The notes under the pieces were generated by a model. The model searched no databases. It was given only the letters and a program-made list of their open reading frames with translations, and was not told the DNA's origin. Made by a program: the position numbers and the translations under genes. This document shows positions 41,079-53,700 of a DNA stretch of 63,566 nucleotides, one piece after another (position 1 is the stretch's first letter; the number at the start of each line of letters is the position of its first letter). Source of the stretch: Phoronis australis (Eukaryota > Animalia > Phoronida); assembly GCA_002633005.1 (NCBI GenBank), contig NMRA01000084.1, positions 899,267-962,832 of the forward strand. Direction: 5' to 3'.

Positions 41079-44000
41079 ATTGAGTGGCAGAATTTATGAA
41101 AATGGACCAATGAGATACTGCATATTTGAAAAGAGTGCATGCCTAAATCCCAAACAAGTTCCAGGGATATTAACGGGCACCAAAAGCATAGAACCAAAAA
41201 ATTTAAGGGCAAATCTCTTTTATATAATCTTTCATTTAATGTTCTCGATATCGTTCTTCATTCAGGAGTATGCTCTGAATTTCCCATTGGAGTGCATGTC
41301 AGCATCGGCAATACACCTAGGCATATATTATTTTCCAGTATTTCTGTACTTAAGACCAAATATACAATACCCAGTATGCCAGATATGCCGTCCCAGATTT
41401 ATGCAAGAAATCCCCATCAAAATTTATTTTCTTACATTTTGGCTATTAAATTTTCAATAAAACATTAGTTGCAGGGTTTTTTTTCGAACAGTGCATAGTT
41501 TCAATTTAAAACCAGATGGCACTGCAAAGCACTTAGAAGTCATGATGACCTTGCACATCTAAGAGTTTTTAATCTATGGTTGTTTTGTTGTTGAGCTTAT
41601 AGTGGGCAAGCCATACAATGTAGAATATATTGGGAACACACATCATTTGAGCTTTGTACTACTCTTAAGGCAGCCTGCAGGTCCTCAATTGCTTGAAGTG
41701 TACAGAAGGGAAGTTCCTTGTAACTACAAGTTCATATTTCAGTATTGCCATGCCATTAGGCCCATGGGCGGAACTGCACTTATATGCGAAATTTAGCGGC
41801 ATGTGCCTGTATGCAAACCTCGGGTAAAAAATGGCCGCGAAGAAAGGCATTACTTCAGATTCATGTCATGAAACAGTTTATTAAAAACATGAGTGAAGAT
41901 GTATTTTCAGTAAAATGTTCTTCATAAAAAGTCAAATTTTTAAAAAGAAAACAGTTGCGCCTATATGTGAGGTAATGTATCACTATGAACCTATGCAGGA
42001 GACATTAGCTGAGCTTTCATGCGAAACATAGGCCATGCGCCAGTATGCAAACCACTCAAATAAAAAAGGCCGCAAAAAGGCATTAGAATAGATATGGGCC
42101 TAAAGGCGCATCAATACGGTGAAACTAAATTTTGAATCTGATCTGCTGCGTTGATCCAGATTCCCACAATGGTAATGCATTTTTCGCAGCTGGTTATGCC
42201 GAGTTGACTATACTAGGCCATATCGGTGAGAAAAAGTTGATTTACATATTCGTAGATTTATCAAGGTATTAGGCACTTAGCGTTTTAATTGTTACTACTC
42301 TTTGTTAGCAATTTCAGTTGTAGGTACTAGGTAATGCACAACACATGCGGGTTATAATTTATCTTCAGAACCAACGATTCAATAAACTAAAGCTTGCACA
42401 TATATTTTTAACTCATTACACAGTTAACACACAATGACAGACAACTTTCTGCTGTATTTTGGCAGTGCACTGTGCTTTGATGATACAAGCTTCAAAAACC
42501 CTCCACACAACGAATTGAGCAATAGCTGATCAACTAAGTTACATCAAGGAGTATACAGTCATATACTACATTCCTTGTCACAATCTGGTCTGCAATTTCA
42601 ACCAAGGTGTTGCTTTGACAATTTTACTACCAGCAGCCGTACTAAATACAGACTGAAGCTAAAACCCTTGAACAAATTGTCGTATGACCAAAGTACAGAT
42701 TGGGAATAATAAACATTTTTTCATGTACTGAAATCAACTATTCTAAACAGGTGATAGTGACTTACAGTTGTCCCGGTTTTTGAGAACCAGTTTGTTGCCC
42801 GTTATTCAGTGGAGAAAACTGGTTCTCAAATTATGCGACCCCTAAGCCTTCCCAAATGTAGACAAAATTGCACGATCATTTGCCAGTGCCATCTGGCATA
42901 GTAGCTAGTCTACTACAAAAAACTGCACCGGCATTCTCACAAACATCTTAGCTCATGGATGCAGTTGCCTTGGCTTGCAAATAAATCAATTTTCTGGGAA
43001 ACCACATCTGTTGATTAGCAAACAGTGTTTTGTTGCAAGAGCATTATTCAAGAAAGAAATACACGCGAGAACACCTGCACTTAATGTCAGAAACGAATGG
43101 TGCCTGTGAGAAACCCTGAGTGATTTGCAAAAGAGCTTGACTAGTTACCACAATTATTTCAAATAGCCAATTACATTTGACACTTATGGAGATTTTAATT
43201 TAATATTGGCAAGATAATGAACGAGAGTAAGCGAAATCCACACTGCCTGGCCAACCCACAGGAATTCAAAAACAATTGGTGAATCACCTAAACATGAAAA
43301 CAGATTTCAACCATGCATACACATTGGTGTTGGAACACAGGCACCTAGCCTTCTGCTTAAAAAGAGACAAGGACATGGGGGGGGGGTGGAAGACATGACC
43401 TTCCTCTTCAACACTTCCTCAAAATCTTCACAAAGCATTCTTTTTAAAGACAATACCAGAGCCTTCTCTCAGCAATAGCACGTAGATGTTTTGTTACTCA
43501 ACTTGGCTTGTAGTTTCAAGTGCCTTAACTAATCTAAGAATAATTCCTTGAGATAAAGTCAAGTTGCTTACCACAGCAAGTTCTACAGTAGTTTCAGTAG
43601 ACGTTGAGATAGCATGACCAACATGAATTCCATGCAATTTCTTATAAATAACCAATTTGAATTGAAACAAATGGTACACCTGTAAGTGTTATGACATTGG
43701 TTTGAAAAAGCAAATGTGCCTCTGAAGAAAGGAGGAAGTTTTTAACACCATGCAGACAACGGTTTGTCAACAGCACTGCAATCCAATTTTCTTAGAACAG
43801 CGCATATCCGTGTATTTGCAGAGTAGTTCAATACAAGGCCATTTTTTTACACTTCCATGCTGTCTGTTTTCATAGTTCTTCCAGCACTGCTATTGGCTAA
43901 CACCTGAGTGGGTCCTGACCTTTTGACACCTATTGCTGTTACCCATGTCATTTTATTTCTCCTTGAAGATGAGTCATGACCTGTCTTGAAATGTAGCCCT

Positions 44001-45906
44001 TATTATAATAATTATTCTTCTTACATCTCCTGGCAATCCTCTCTATTGTCGTCCTGCCGATGATCAACAAACATACAGAGAGTTTGAGCGATTACGTAAA
44101 AAAATCAACAACTGGAAACACTGTTGTGCATTTAATGAATCCTGGTTTCAAGAGGGGCAGCTGCCAAATTATTCACAACACAAGGTTCGATTTTCACAGC
44201 AATTCATGCTAAAAACAACAGAAGTGCAAACAAAAATTCTTGTGTTTGACTAGTGATTCCCACAGTCATGTACTTAATTTCTTATTACTGACATTGCACA
44301 AGTAATGATTCTGACAATGACATCACAAGACAAGGCAGTTACAGAGAGTAATATTCACTGCCAGCTGTCCAATAGGGGACTGCACAAAGAAGCCCATTTC
44401 CCAAAATGGGAGTGTGAAAATCAAGAACTAGCCAAAATTCAGGAAAGTACAGATGAATTTCAAAATGCCCATTCCTCACGGCAATTTGTAAGCATACATT
44501 TTTGAAAGTGTAGTCAAAATACATGTAGAAGAGTACTATTGTCTACAGGAACTAATGGAATGAATGCCAACCACTGTCATATTCCTTGGCCTTCGGCAGG
44601 GCATAGTTACATTATGTTAGGGAGATGCACCCACCACTGGGGTATCAAAATTTGGCATAAGCTGATGTTAACTAACCACATCATCTATCATGCGATTCAA
44701 CTCCATCTGTCTGGCCACGCACTTGACTCAGATTTTAATATTTCTCTTAAACATTATGATTTATTAGGAAATAGCTAAGGAGAACATAACCATATTTAAC
44801 CGGTGAATACCAAATGGCTAACAATAGCACACCAAAACTTTCCAGTCAAGATGACGGCTGAACTGACATGCAGTACATACGTCACAGAGAAAGTGCACAA
44901 CTGCTACAGAGAAGATGCTGATTAAAAACACTGCCATCTGAGCACTTGTGACAATATAATCTATACCAAGCAAATGGGTATGTTAGAAGTGCCAATGATC
45001 TAAAAAAACACCAATAAGACCATAAATATGTAACTTTGAATGATTTGATATCTGTTTCAGCTAGTAATGCAATTTCATTGTGACAGACTGTCCCAAGTAG
45101 CCGCCTCGTATAAACCGGGTGGTAAAAATTCCTGAGGAAATCGCATGTCTGTTCAACGCTCGGCATGATTTTCCAGGCACACAAATTGAGCCGATGGTGT
45201 CAAGAGTTTAAAGTTTTGCTGGCCTAGCCTACTCAAATCTGTTACGATAGTGTGTCTGGTTTATAGCCATTCAAGCTCCTAACATTGCATCACAGCCAAC
45301 AATGTATTACTAAACAATCAATCAATGTGACACAAATTCCTTACTTGTATTGAAGTTTCTCGCTTAATACAGGTTTTCAGGATATAATTATGCTTTTGGG
45401 TGAGTTATTTCTCAAACAAAATGTAGATAAGTACCTTTGCTGAACGCATGAAGTCACAGCATGGCCACCTAAGATAGGGTTATTCACTGAAAGCGACATT
45501 TAACCCATTTTTTGTCAAAACAAGTTTAGATTTATACCACTTTTTAAAATTGGTCTCAAATTTTTCAATATTTCTTCATACCAAGGTAACATAATGTCAG
45601 GTCACGGAATGATCTGAATAATATGAGCCTGGTGTGAAACAATAATGACCTTAACAGTTCCAAGCCACAAGATTAATTTTATAAAACAAACACTTGGGTT
45701 TCAAGGCAGAAGGCAAAGCAGCTTTACTAATCTCTTAAAGTTGTCCACAAGTTTTCCATTTATATATGCCCCGCGATATTTTTTCTGGAAAATATTGTTG
45801 ATATTTCCTAGGATTGCCATGGCAATTGAGAACTATGCACGGTCTCCAACAGAGCGTATTCCACAAACTTTTGGCAATTCTCTAACGGTTATAATTTAAA
45901 AATACC

Positions 45907-48900
45907 TTATTCAACGTGTAGATGAGCAGGAATCGGTAACCGCTCTCGGTCGTGGTTAAAAAACGATGCCGCCAACGCAACCAAGAACACCATCGTCATG
46001 CCAATTAAGGAAAACGTCGCCATTGGATCAAACAGTTCCCTGTAAACCACCCTGCAGTACCAGACAAGAGCTAGAATCATTCCAAACAGTGGGAACATGT
46101 ACACACCCACTTCTAAGTCGTCACCAGCATCAAGATTCACAGGCGCAGATTCCTGTTGCTGCTGTCTGACGAGGCAGTGAAGAATACAATTGTCCGTTAA
46201 GTTGTAGGCTTGTATTGTCAAGTCCTCTCGATTCAATTCGCGTCCGTTACAAATTAGACGAACCACTTTGTTTTGGGCCAGTTCGTTGGCAAAATGAATG
46301 CTGAAGAAAAAAAGAATGATGCAATTAGCTCGATCATTATAGCTGTAAACAAATTACAGATTAGATAAAGTGTATTGTAAAGCAGCGTCCGTGAAAGATT
46401 TTAATTATTATATGTTATAAAACTTGTTTCTTAGGATCATGTCACACTAACATAGTTCTCACTATGATCTCAAATACCAGACAAAACCAAGTGAGTACCA
46501 ACTAAGAAGTGTATGAACTAAGTAAGCAGCCAGTACACGTGGTCAAATAGGAGGAATGCTTTTGGCCAAAATTGCCCGTTTATATTTATCCCCACTCTGT
46601 TTTATCAAGACACAATGACAAAATTGGACACCTGGTGTAACAGGGGCATTACTCAGATCAGTAGTGGCTTCTGGGCTTCAAAAAAACTGATACTTCATTA
46701 TTACTAGAGAGGCAGGCTCGACAACAGCAGGTCATTTTATAAGCCGAGCACGGTAACGAGCAAAACCAAACTGTCTTTCATTATCAGATTTCATGGCTCT
46801 CCAAAATTATTACCGGCATAAAAACATCATTAAATTTGAGACAAAAATCAGAAAATCGACTGGTTTCTCTTGACTGGTGCCAGTAATAAACAGGAAAGAC
46901 TGATATCACAACCAAAGTTCCTCAGTTTCGTTTTATTGACAGCGCCATCGACATGCTCTTTCTCGGAAGAAACCCATATGACAAAATGACAAAATTATCA
47001 CGGATACTTAAATTATGGCTATGACAGGGGATGCCTTTCTGTTTATTTTTGAAATAATCCCCTTCACCCACCGCTTAAAATGCCCTATCGTGTCCTCAGG
47101 CCTGACTTGGACCATTCTTTCTGTGTCTGACAAGTCTTTAAGACGTAATCTGATGTGGCCCTCCATCAACTCATTGTCCTCCACAGCGGCTGATGATGAA
47201 CTCAAGTCATTATGATCTGATTCCAGATTCTCTGGAAATGGGGGCGGAGTGCTCAAATTACAAGATATAGTTGTGGGGGTACTCAGATGCCCAGTGAGGA
47301 AATCTATCCTTCTTTTCCTCAGTTCTGTGTTAGGCAAATGACTAGTTGACTGTGAGTCAGTTGGACTGCAGGGCACTGAGTCATTGCATGGCTCAGAAAA
47401 CCCAACTGTATTGGAATCAGTGAATTCGTTCAGATTTAATTGATCTGAAGGTGTGACATGTTGATCACTAGCACTACTGCAATCATCTGGCAATGCAGTC
47501 CTTGCATGAATGTCAACAAATGCGTTGTTATCAGCTGTAACTCCCTCGTCATGATTTTCCAAAACATCAGAAGTTGTTTTTCTGTTTAAATCAGAATGTG
47601 AAACATCAGAGACCACATCTCCATCTTTCAAATCTTGTGAAGTTGTCCCCCCACTTGAATCAGAAGGAGACACACCAGTGGCTTGTGCTGTTAAGGTAGT
47701 ACTGATACCAGAGTCCGGGTCTGTATGGAACTCTTGACTGGATTCAAGGGATGAAGCAGCCTGCAAAACACCACATTGAATAAAAAGGCAATAAAGATAC
47801 AAACTGTGCATTCCCGAAGTCAGTACATTTTGTGAGCCTGGCGCTGATACACGAGCAGCTTGAAGTTCTAACAGAAAAAATTGGCGATATTTGAAACATA
47901 CCAAGTCAGTATTTTTCTGCACCAGTTTTCAAATCTGCATTTCCTATAAGGACATTGATGATATACTGGACAGCATTTATTCAATAAGTGTTCCTTACTT
48001 GTAAACATCTCTTCGTTTTTTACCATAAAGCATTGTTATTTATCAAGTGCAAGGCTGCCAACTGCTTTGGATTAACTCATACTCTATACACTTTTAAGGC
48101 TTAAATCAGTACGTATCGGTTTTAAAATGTTAAGGTTTTTGACAGTTTATTTTGGTTTAGAAAATCAGATGAAAGTATCCTCTAAAATTGTTAAACAGAT
48201 CAGCAAACTCAAGGCAGAAAACACTCACTGGTAAATGACAAAAACAGACAAAAGCACAAGATCCAACCAAAAAGACGCATCCATGGTATAACTGTATGAA
48301 TTTGTAATTTGGATATCAAGCTTCCCTTTCCTGATTGGTCAGTTGAGGTTAGTTTGTGAGTGACTAAGCAAAGAAAAACACCCTTACTTGGCTTTGCATT
48401 GTGGGATATCATCTGCTTTGAAAATCATGTCATTCTTACAAGAGCAAATTTCGGTGATGGACTCCAACAAACTCATGTTCAATAGAAAATAGGAAAAGGA
48501 ATTCACCAGGTTTCGTTACGCCAAATCCAGCACTGAGAACAGTGACGTCTAAAACATCAGCATGGATGAGGGAATTACAACAAGATATCGAGATTAGCTG
48601 GACCGCAGACCGGTGAGAAATCAGCCATGCCAACCAGTGACCGCAAAGCCAAAATATCAACGAGATGAACAGAGGTTTTGAAGTCAGCTTTTTGTTGATT
48701 TATATCACACCATCTTTTGATTGAAATTTAAATTTTCTGAAAATGTTGGAAATCATACAAGTTTTTATTTATGAAATATGGATTGATGTGTAAAATGTGT
48801 TAATGATCCTGACAATGATTCAAATTCTAAAGAGACCAATATACACATAGACATTTTTGGACAAGCTCATTTTGGACTGGGACAGGTTGAATTATAGTAG

Positions 48901-49581
48901 AGTTGTCCCAAAGGACAACCAGTCAAAAAGTTAATTTAAGCCCAGCTGTCGTAACTGAAATGTCTATTCTCTTTTCAGGTACAACTGATAGTGCTTGATG
49001 GTGTTAAATGTTTCACTCTGAACAATATACAACATGTGTTTTATGACCAAAAAGCTTGCTGTATTTTGATTTTGTGTCCATTACGATTATACGCTGCATG
49101 TCAACATGCTCTGGAAGAAATATAAACCTCCTTAACTATGCTACAAGTGAAATATTTTCAAAACTTCAAGGATCATACTTATTCTGTTCATCTTTCAATA
49201 AGTAGTTTTTCAACTAACGAAAAGTTCAGTAACTTGGCAAACATGGCCGCTTGAACTGTATAATATGAACAATTTCTAGAATAATTAACATAAAAGATAT
49301 ACCGGCTTGTAACATCGTCTAAACTGTGTGCCGTACAAACCGCAGACAAGAATTTCAAAACAATGCCTACTTGGTCCTTAATCCTTATACAAATTATAGC
49401 AGAATGCCGATATTACCTGGCCCTGTTCAGCACCCTGTTGAGCAGTGTTCGTGAAGGGAGCACTGGTGAACTGTATGTCTTGCACTCCCGTGGACACCCA
49501 GGCAATAACTAAACTTATTATAATGCAGATCACAGTAAATGTGACTAGCACTTCATCACCGATTCCTTCAATAAGCGCCAT
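45907..49581 (-). CDS. TMUB1: Transmembrane and ubiquitin-like domain-containing protein (TMUB1/TMUB2 family), ~415 aa
   Basis: Exons 49581-49417 (MALIEGIGDEV, TM helix, AWVST), 47760-47072 (acidic linker, then IRLRLKDLSDTERMVQVRPEDTIGHFKR) and 46300-45907 (VRLICNGREL..LTDNCILHC UBL domain, then two TM helices). Phases 0 and 2 are consistent. Probable non-coding exon donor at 50536. Confidence 0.9.
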
Positions 49582-49716
49582 TGTGCCTATAAAAATATAA
49601 TTAAAAGTGAGCTTTATCATAGAAAACACAATTTTTTCGAGAATTTGCAGGAAAATGCGTAATTACACAGTTCAGTACAATTCATCCAGTAATTCCTATT
49701 AGGCAGAATGCTCACT

Positions 49717-49890
49717 AGGAGGCGGTGTGGCCTAGGGAGAAGTGTCCACTTCTTTACTCAAGGTCATGGGCTTGAATCCTACTGGGGCACACTGCTGGAC
49801 CCCTGAGTCATGTCTCTAGCTCCTCAGGTCAGTTTTATCTATATGTAAATAAAGCATACAAATGGTTCCAGGTGATCAGTGCAATGGTTC
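49717..49890 (+). mobile_element. tRNA-SINE, same family, diverged
   Basis: Colinear with 11136-11310 (..CACACTGCT..CTAGCTCCTCAG..AATAAAGCATA..CCAGGTGATCAGTGCAATGG). Confidence 0.7.
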
Positions 49891-50281
49891 TGCTGCAGCC
49901 AAAACTGATGCCTGCGCCAAATTGATTTGGCGCAATTCAATATGGCACGGTTGGTGAGCCAAATTGATGCCTGTACCAAACTGACGCAACCGTAAGTCAC
50001 CAAATTACTGCCAGCGGTGTACAGGGTTTTTTAACGGTTATCTTAACTGAAAGTGATGACAATGAGTGTGGGATCATGTCTCCTGGCGCATGCAGTGTTA
50101 AAAATGGCCAATTGTCAATTTGGTCAACTGAATCAGTCAGTGAATAAGGACTGCTGGAAGAAAGTTTGATGCAGATTACGGGAGTATTTGTTGGAAGGAA
50201 TTAAAGATATCAGCATTCTCCTAAGGTGCCCCTACATGCGCAAAAGTCCCAGGGCCCAATGTCCAACCATAAAAGGGAGCT

Positions 50282-50360
50282 TGCCCGTCTCTGTGAATGA
50301 CGTTCATTTTTCCCATTGGCGGCCAATGGGAAAAATGAACGTCATTCACAGAGACGGGCA
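50282..50360. repeat. Perfect palindrome, 39-bp arms, 1-nt spacer
   Basis: TGCCCGTCTCTGTGAATGACGTTCATTTTTCCCATTGGC-G-GCCAATGGGAAAAATGAACGTCATTCACAGAGACGGGCA. Confidence 0.9.
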
Positions 50361-50587
50361 TTGCATCTGAATTTCACGACTACTTAACTCAGTTTCATGA
50401 AACAATCACTGCGTAACCTGCTGCCATACAATAGAATTAAATGGAACTCGTGGCGGGGCCTATCTTAGAGAGAGGCCACAGTCATTAACCTTCAGGAAAC
50501 TAAAATTATGAAACAGACCTTGCAAATTTTTTTACCAGATGTCCACAAGCGAAAACATGTGGCAGGGTAATGTCAATATTATTAAAC

Positions 50588-50596
50588 TCACGTGAC
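50588..50596. promoter_or_regulatory. CLEAR-like E-box (TCACGTGAC) in the TMUB/ATP6V1F divergent promoter
   Basis: 9/10 match to the CLEAR consensus GTCACGTGAC, about 200 bp upstream of the ATP6V1F ATG. Confidence 0.6.
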
Positions 50597-50797
50597 ACAA
50601 ATATAGTCGCAAATACTTCGTTACGGTTTTTATTTCATTTTACATATGAAAAACATTTGAATTAAGTTTTCAATTAAAATCTGAACTGTTGTAATATTTT
50701 GGGATACAACGAAGCATCTTTTAAAGTTTTCTTATCAGTGAAAATATACTACATTTTTCATAATTTTGAGACTACTTCACCGAACTCTGAAGTAAAA

Positions 50798-53700
50798 ATG
50801 TCTCATTCGGCAGCAAAGGGAAAATTAATCGCTGTTATTGGCGACGAGGTAAACCTAAGCTTTCAATTTTAATGCTTATCAGTTGTACTTAAAATCTCTG
50901 TTTCACATGCACTTCTTTCACACCCCTCTATTCGCTTATATAGAGTTATAACGTGGCCAATGTTCGTGTAGTAATAGCCGAGATCACCCGACCCGGGGAT
51001 CGAACCCGCGACCCCCATAAAACCGGCAAGCGTGTTAACCATTCAGCTAATAGGCAATTGCCCCATAGCGAGTAGCTAACAGAGGCTCATATAATTCACC
51101 GGAAGCACATCTACAACATTCCCCTCTTTCCTACGGAACAGGCACGCGACAGGAAGGTGAACACCAGGATGTCTCGCATACAGCGCCATACAGGTCATCA
51201 ACGTCCCTTGCCTTGGTACCTTTACCACCACAACACAGGTGAACACAAGGTCGTCTCTCATACAGGTCCTTGACTCCTGAAACCTTCCACGCGCGCTGTC
51301 CCGAGGTCTGTGGGTACTAGTTGGCAGTGCTTCATCGGTGGATCATCCGTTTGCAGACTACGCCATTTGTAGTAATGGCCGAGATCACCCGACTCGGGAG
51401 TCGAACCCGCGACCCCCATAAAACCGGCAAGCGTGCTAATCATTCAGCTAATAGGCAATTGCCCCTTAGCGAGTAGCTAACAGAGGCTCATATAATTCAC
51501 CGGAAGCACATCTACAACATTCGGAATGAGTACCGTTCTTCCCACCCTGCCCACAGGCACAGGCGTCCCCAGCTTCTGAACGCACCCAATAGTACACTAT
51601 ATATATTACAAGGTATGACACTCGGAACAAGGAATTCCACGGGTGCTTCACTTCAGCCGTCCATATCAAACACAAAGCTCAATAAATTTGCACAAAACAA
51701 GGTTTCAACAAACCGCTATTGTTCTTCTAATACCAGCATTCAAAGTGTCCTGCTCCAGCGAGATCGCAACAAATTCGCGGTCCTGGCGTTTGTAACAAAT
51801 GTAACTGCGTCTTATTACGGTGTGCGTGTCTTATATGAAGGGAGCATATAAACGCACGTGTTTCGGCATAGAATACTTTATTGGAACTAACTTAATTCAC
51901 TACAAGGTGGCTTATTAAACTCCTACACAAGAAAAAAAAAATTTTTATGGGTGGGATTGAGGCAAGTTTAGCTAAAATTACTTTTTCAGTTTAAATTCGT
52001 TATTAATAAAACACGAATGTTCTTTGGTCATTCAGAAGTGTTGGTATTAACAATTAAATGAATTCTATTGCATTGCTCAAGTGTTCATCCACTTATAAAC
52101 AGGTGTCTGCATATGTTTGTATTCTCCGTAGCCCCCTCCATGACCTCTGTGTTATGTGAGATTTATGCATTTCTTTGAGGGTAGTCGATGGAAATAGGCA
52201 TCCCATTGATAATGATATAACTCTGATGATAGTTAAGAGCTGTGTATGTCTTGGGATAAAGTTTTAATTTCCATTATGTTATATATTTGGGTTTGCACGA
52301 GTGTGAAGAAGATTAAGACGGTATTATCTCCTTTTTCTAAACACGACTGTTTTTTGTAATTCAGATGTAGTTGTATTGACAAGTAAATGAATTCTATTGC
52401 ATTGCTCCAGTATTTTTCTTCCCACAAATAGTACCTTCTCATTTTGTATTCTCCGTAGCCCCCTCACTGACGTCAGTCTGTGTTATTTGAGATTTCAGAT
52501 TTGCGACCTGAAATTTAGAAATGTGAGCTGAGATTTTTGTCCGCACGTATCAAGTCGTAAAATGCAACCTGCAATTTCCAACGAATGCGAGCTGAGTTTT
52601 TACACTTCATGGCAGATACCTGGCAAATATAAAGCAACTCTTGTTAATCTGACTTTTATTTGGTTGTTGCCAAATCCAAGTTCAAAAGAACACTAACCGA
52701 GAACAACCCTCCCAATGACTTGTAAGCAAGTCGCGTGAACATAGGATATGCAGAGTTGATCATTGATGCGTTTCATTGGCTAACATTTTCGGCCATTTTT
52801 GCAAATTTCCGGATTCGCCAAAGAAAGTTTCGGGCCACTGCATAACGCGTGATAAAACGGCACAAAGCAACGGTGTTTCTATTAAGTCTTAAGCGATAAA
52901 CTTGCCAAATTTTGTGGTGGACAAATATGTTTATTTTTCACATAAGATGTCCTTATTACATGTACCAAATATCCACGACAATATCCCTGATATTGCACTG
53001 TGGCACTGGTCAGTCCCGTTTTTAGCATGCAAGCAGTCCCTGCAGACAATCGTGAAAGAGATGTGCGCCTCGTTTTTATCCCATAAGACAGCCAAAGTGA
53101 AAATGACAACCTATTAATCCCTAAACGACGATCACATCTTTACTTTCAGTTGCCAAGAAATTCTCAAACCCCTTTACTTGTTTCTAGGCCTACCTGCGCG
53201 AAATATGTTTTGTCTTTCACACGTTGTTGCCAACGTAAAGTGTAGGCCTATTCCAGTGATTCAAGTGCGTGAACTCCTGCGGGCGCACCAGTTCAAAACT
53301 GCACATAAAATAGAACAGCGACAGTCCTAAATGAAAGAGTATACCGGCTTGGCTTTTTAAGGACACGGGTGTCAATGGTTTATTTGAAAATGAACTCATA
53401 GATTCCTGGCGGTTATAAAAGACCTGATGCTTTGCGATTTTCCCTGGGACCGATATAACCCAGAACTGATATTTTTCGGTGTCCGATGTTTCCCGCATTA
53501 CAAACGACCGCGCGAGGTTTCAAATTGACACGCAGCCTATATGTTGTGTTACTCTCGTTCTACTCAACAAATTCAGTTTTCAAAAAAGATTCTCAATATG
53601 TAAAAACCAAATCCCGACTTTGTTTTATTCCTCCAGAAGAAAGTTAACAATAGTGACATGCGTGTCATTTTGTGACTGACCTATTTTTCCGTACTTGGAA

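Noticed and set aside
43230-44020. Penelope-like element 3' remnant
   Set aside because: Only a vague resemblance; no translatable RT or GIY-YIG motif could be read.
50985-51060. Functional tRNA genes at ~50985-51060, ~51386-51461 and ~11139-11210
   Set aside because: Acceptor and anticodon stems pair poorly, and the segments are embedded in LTR/SINE structures with TSDs.
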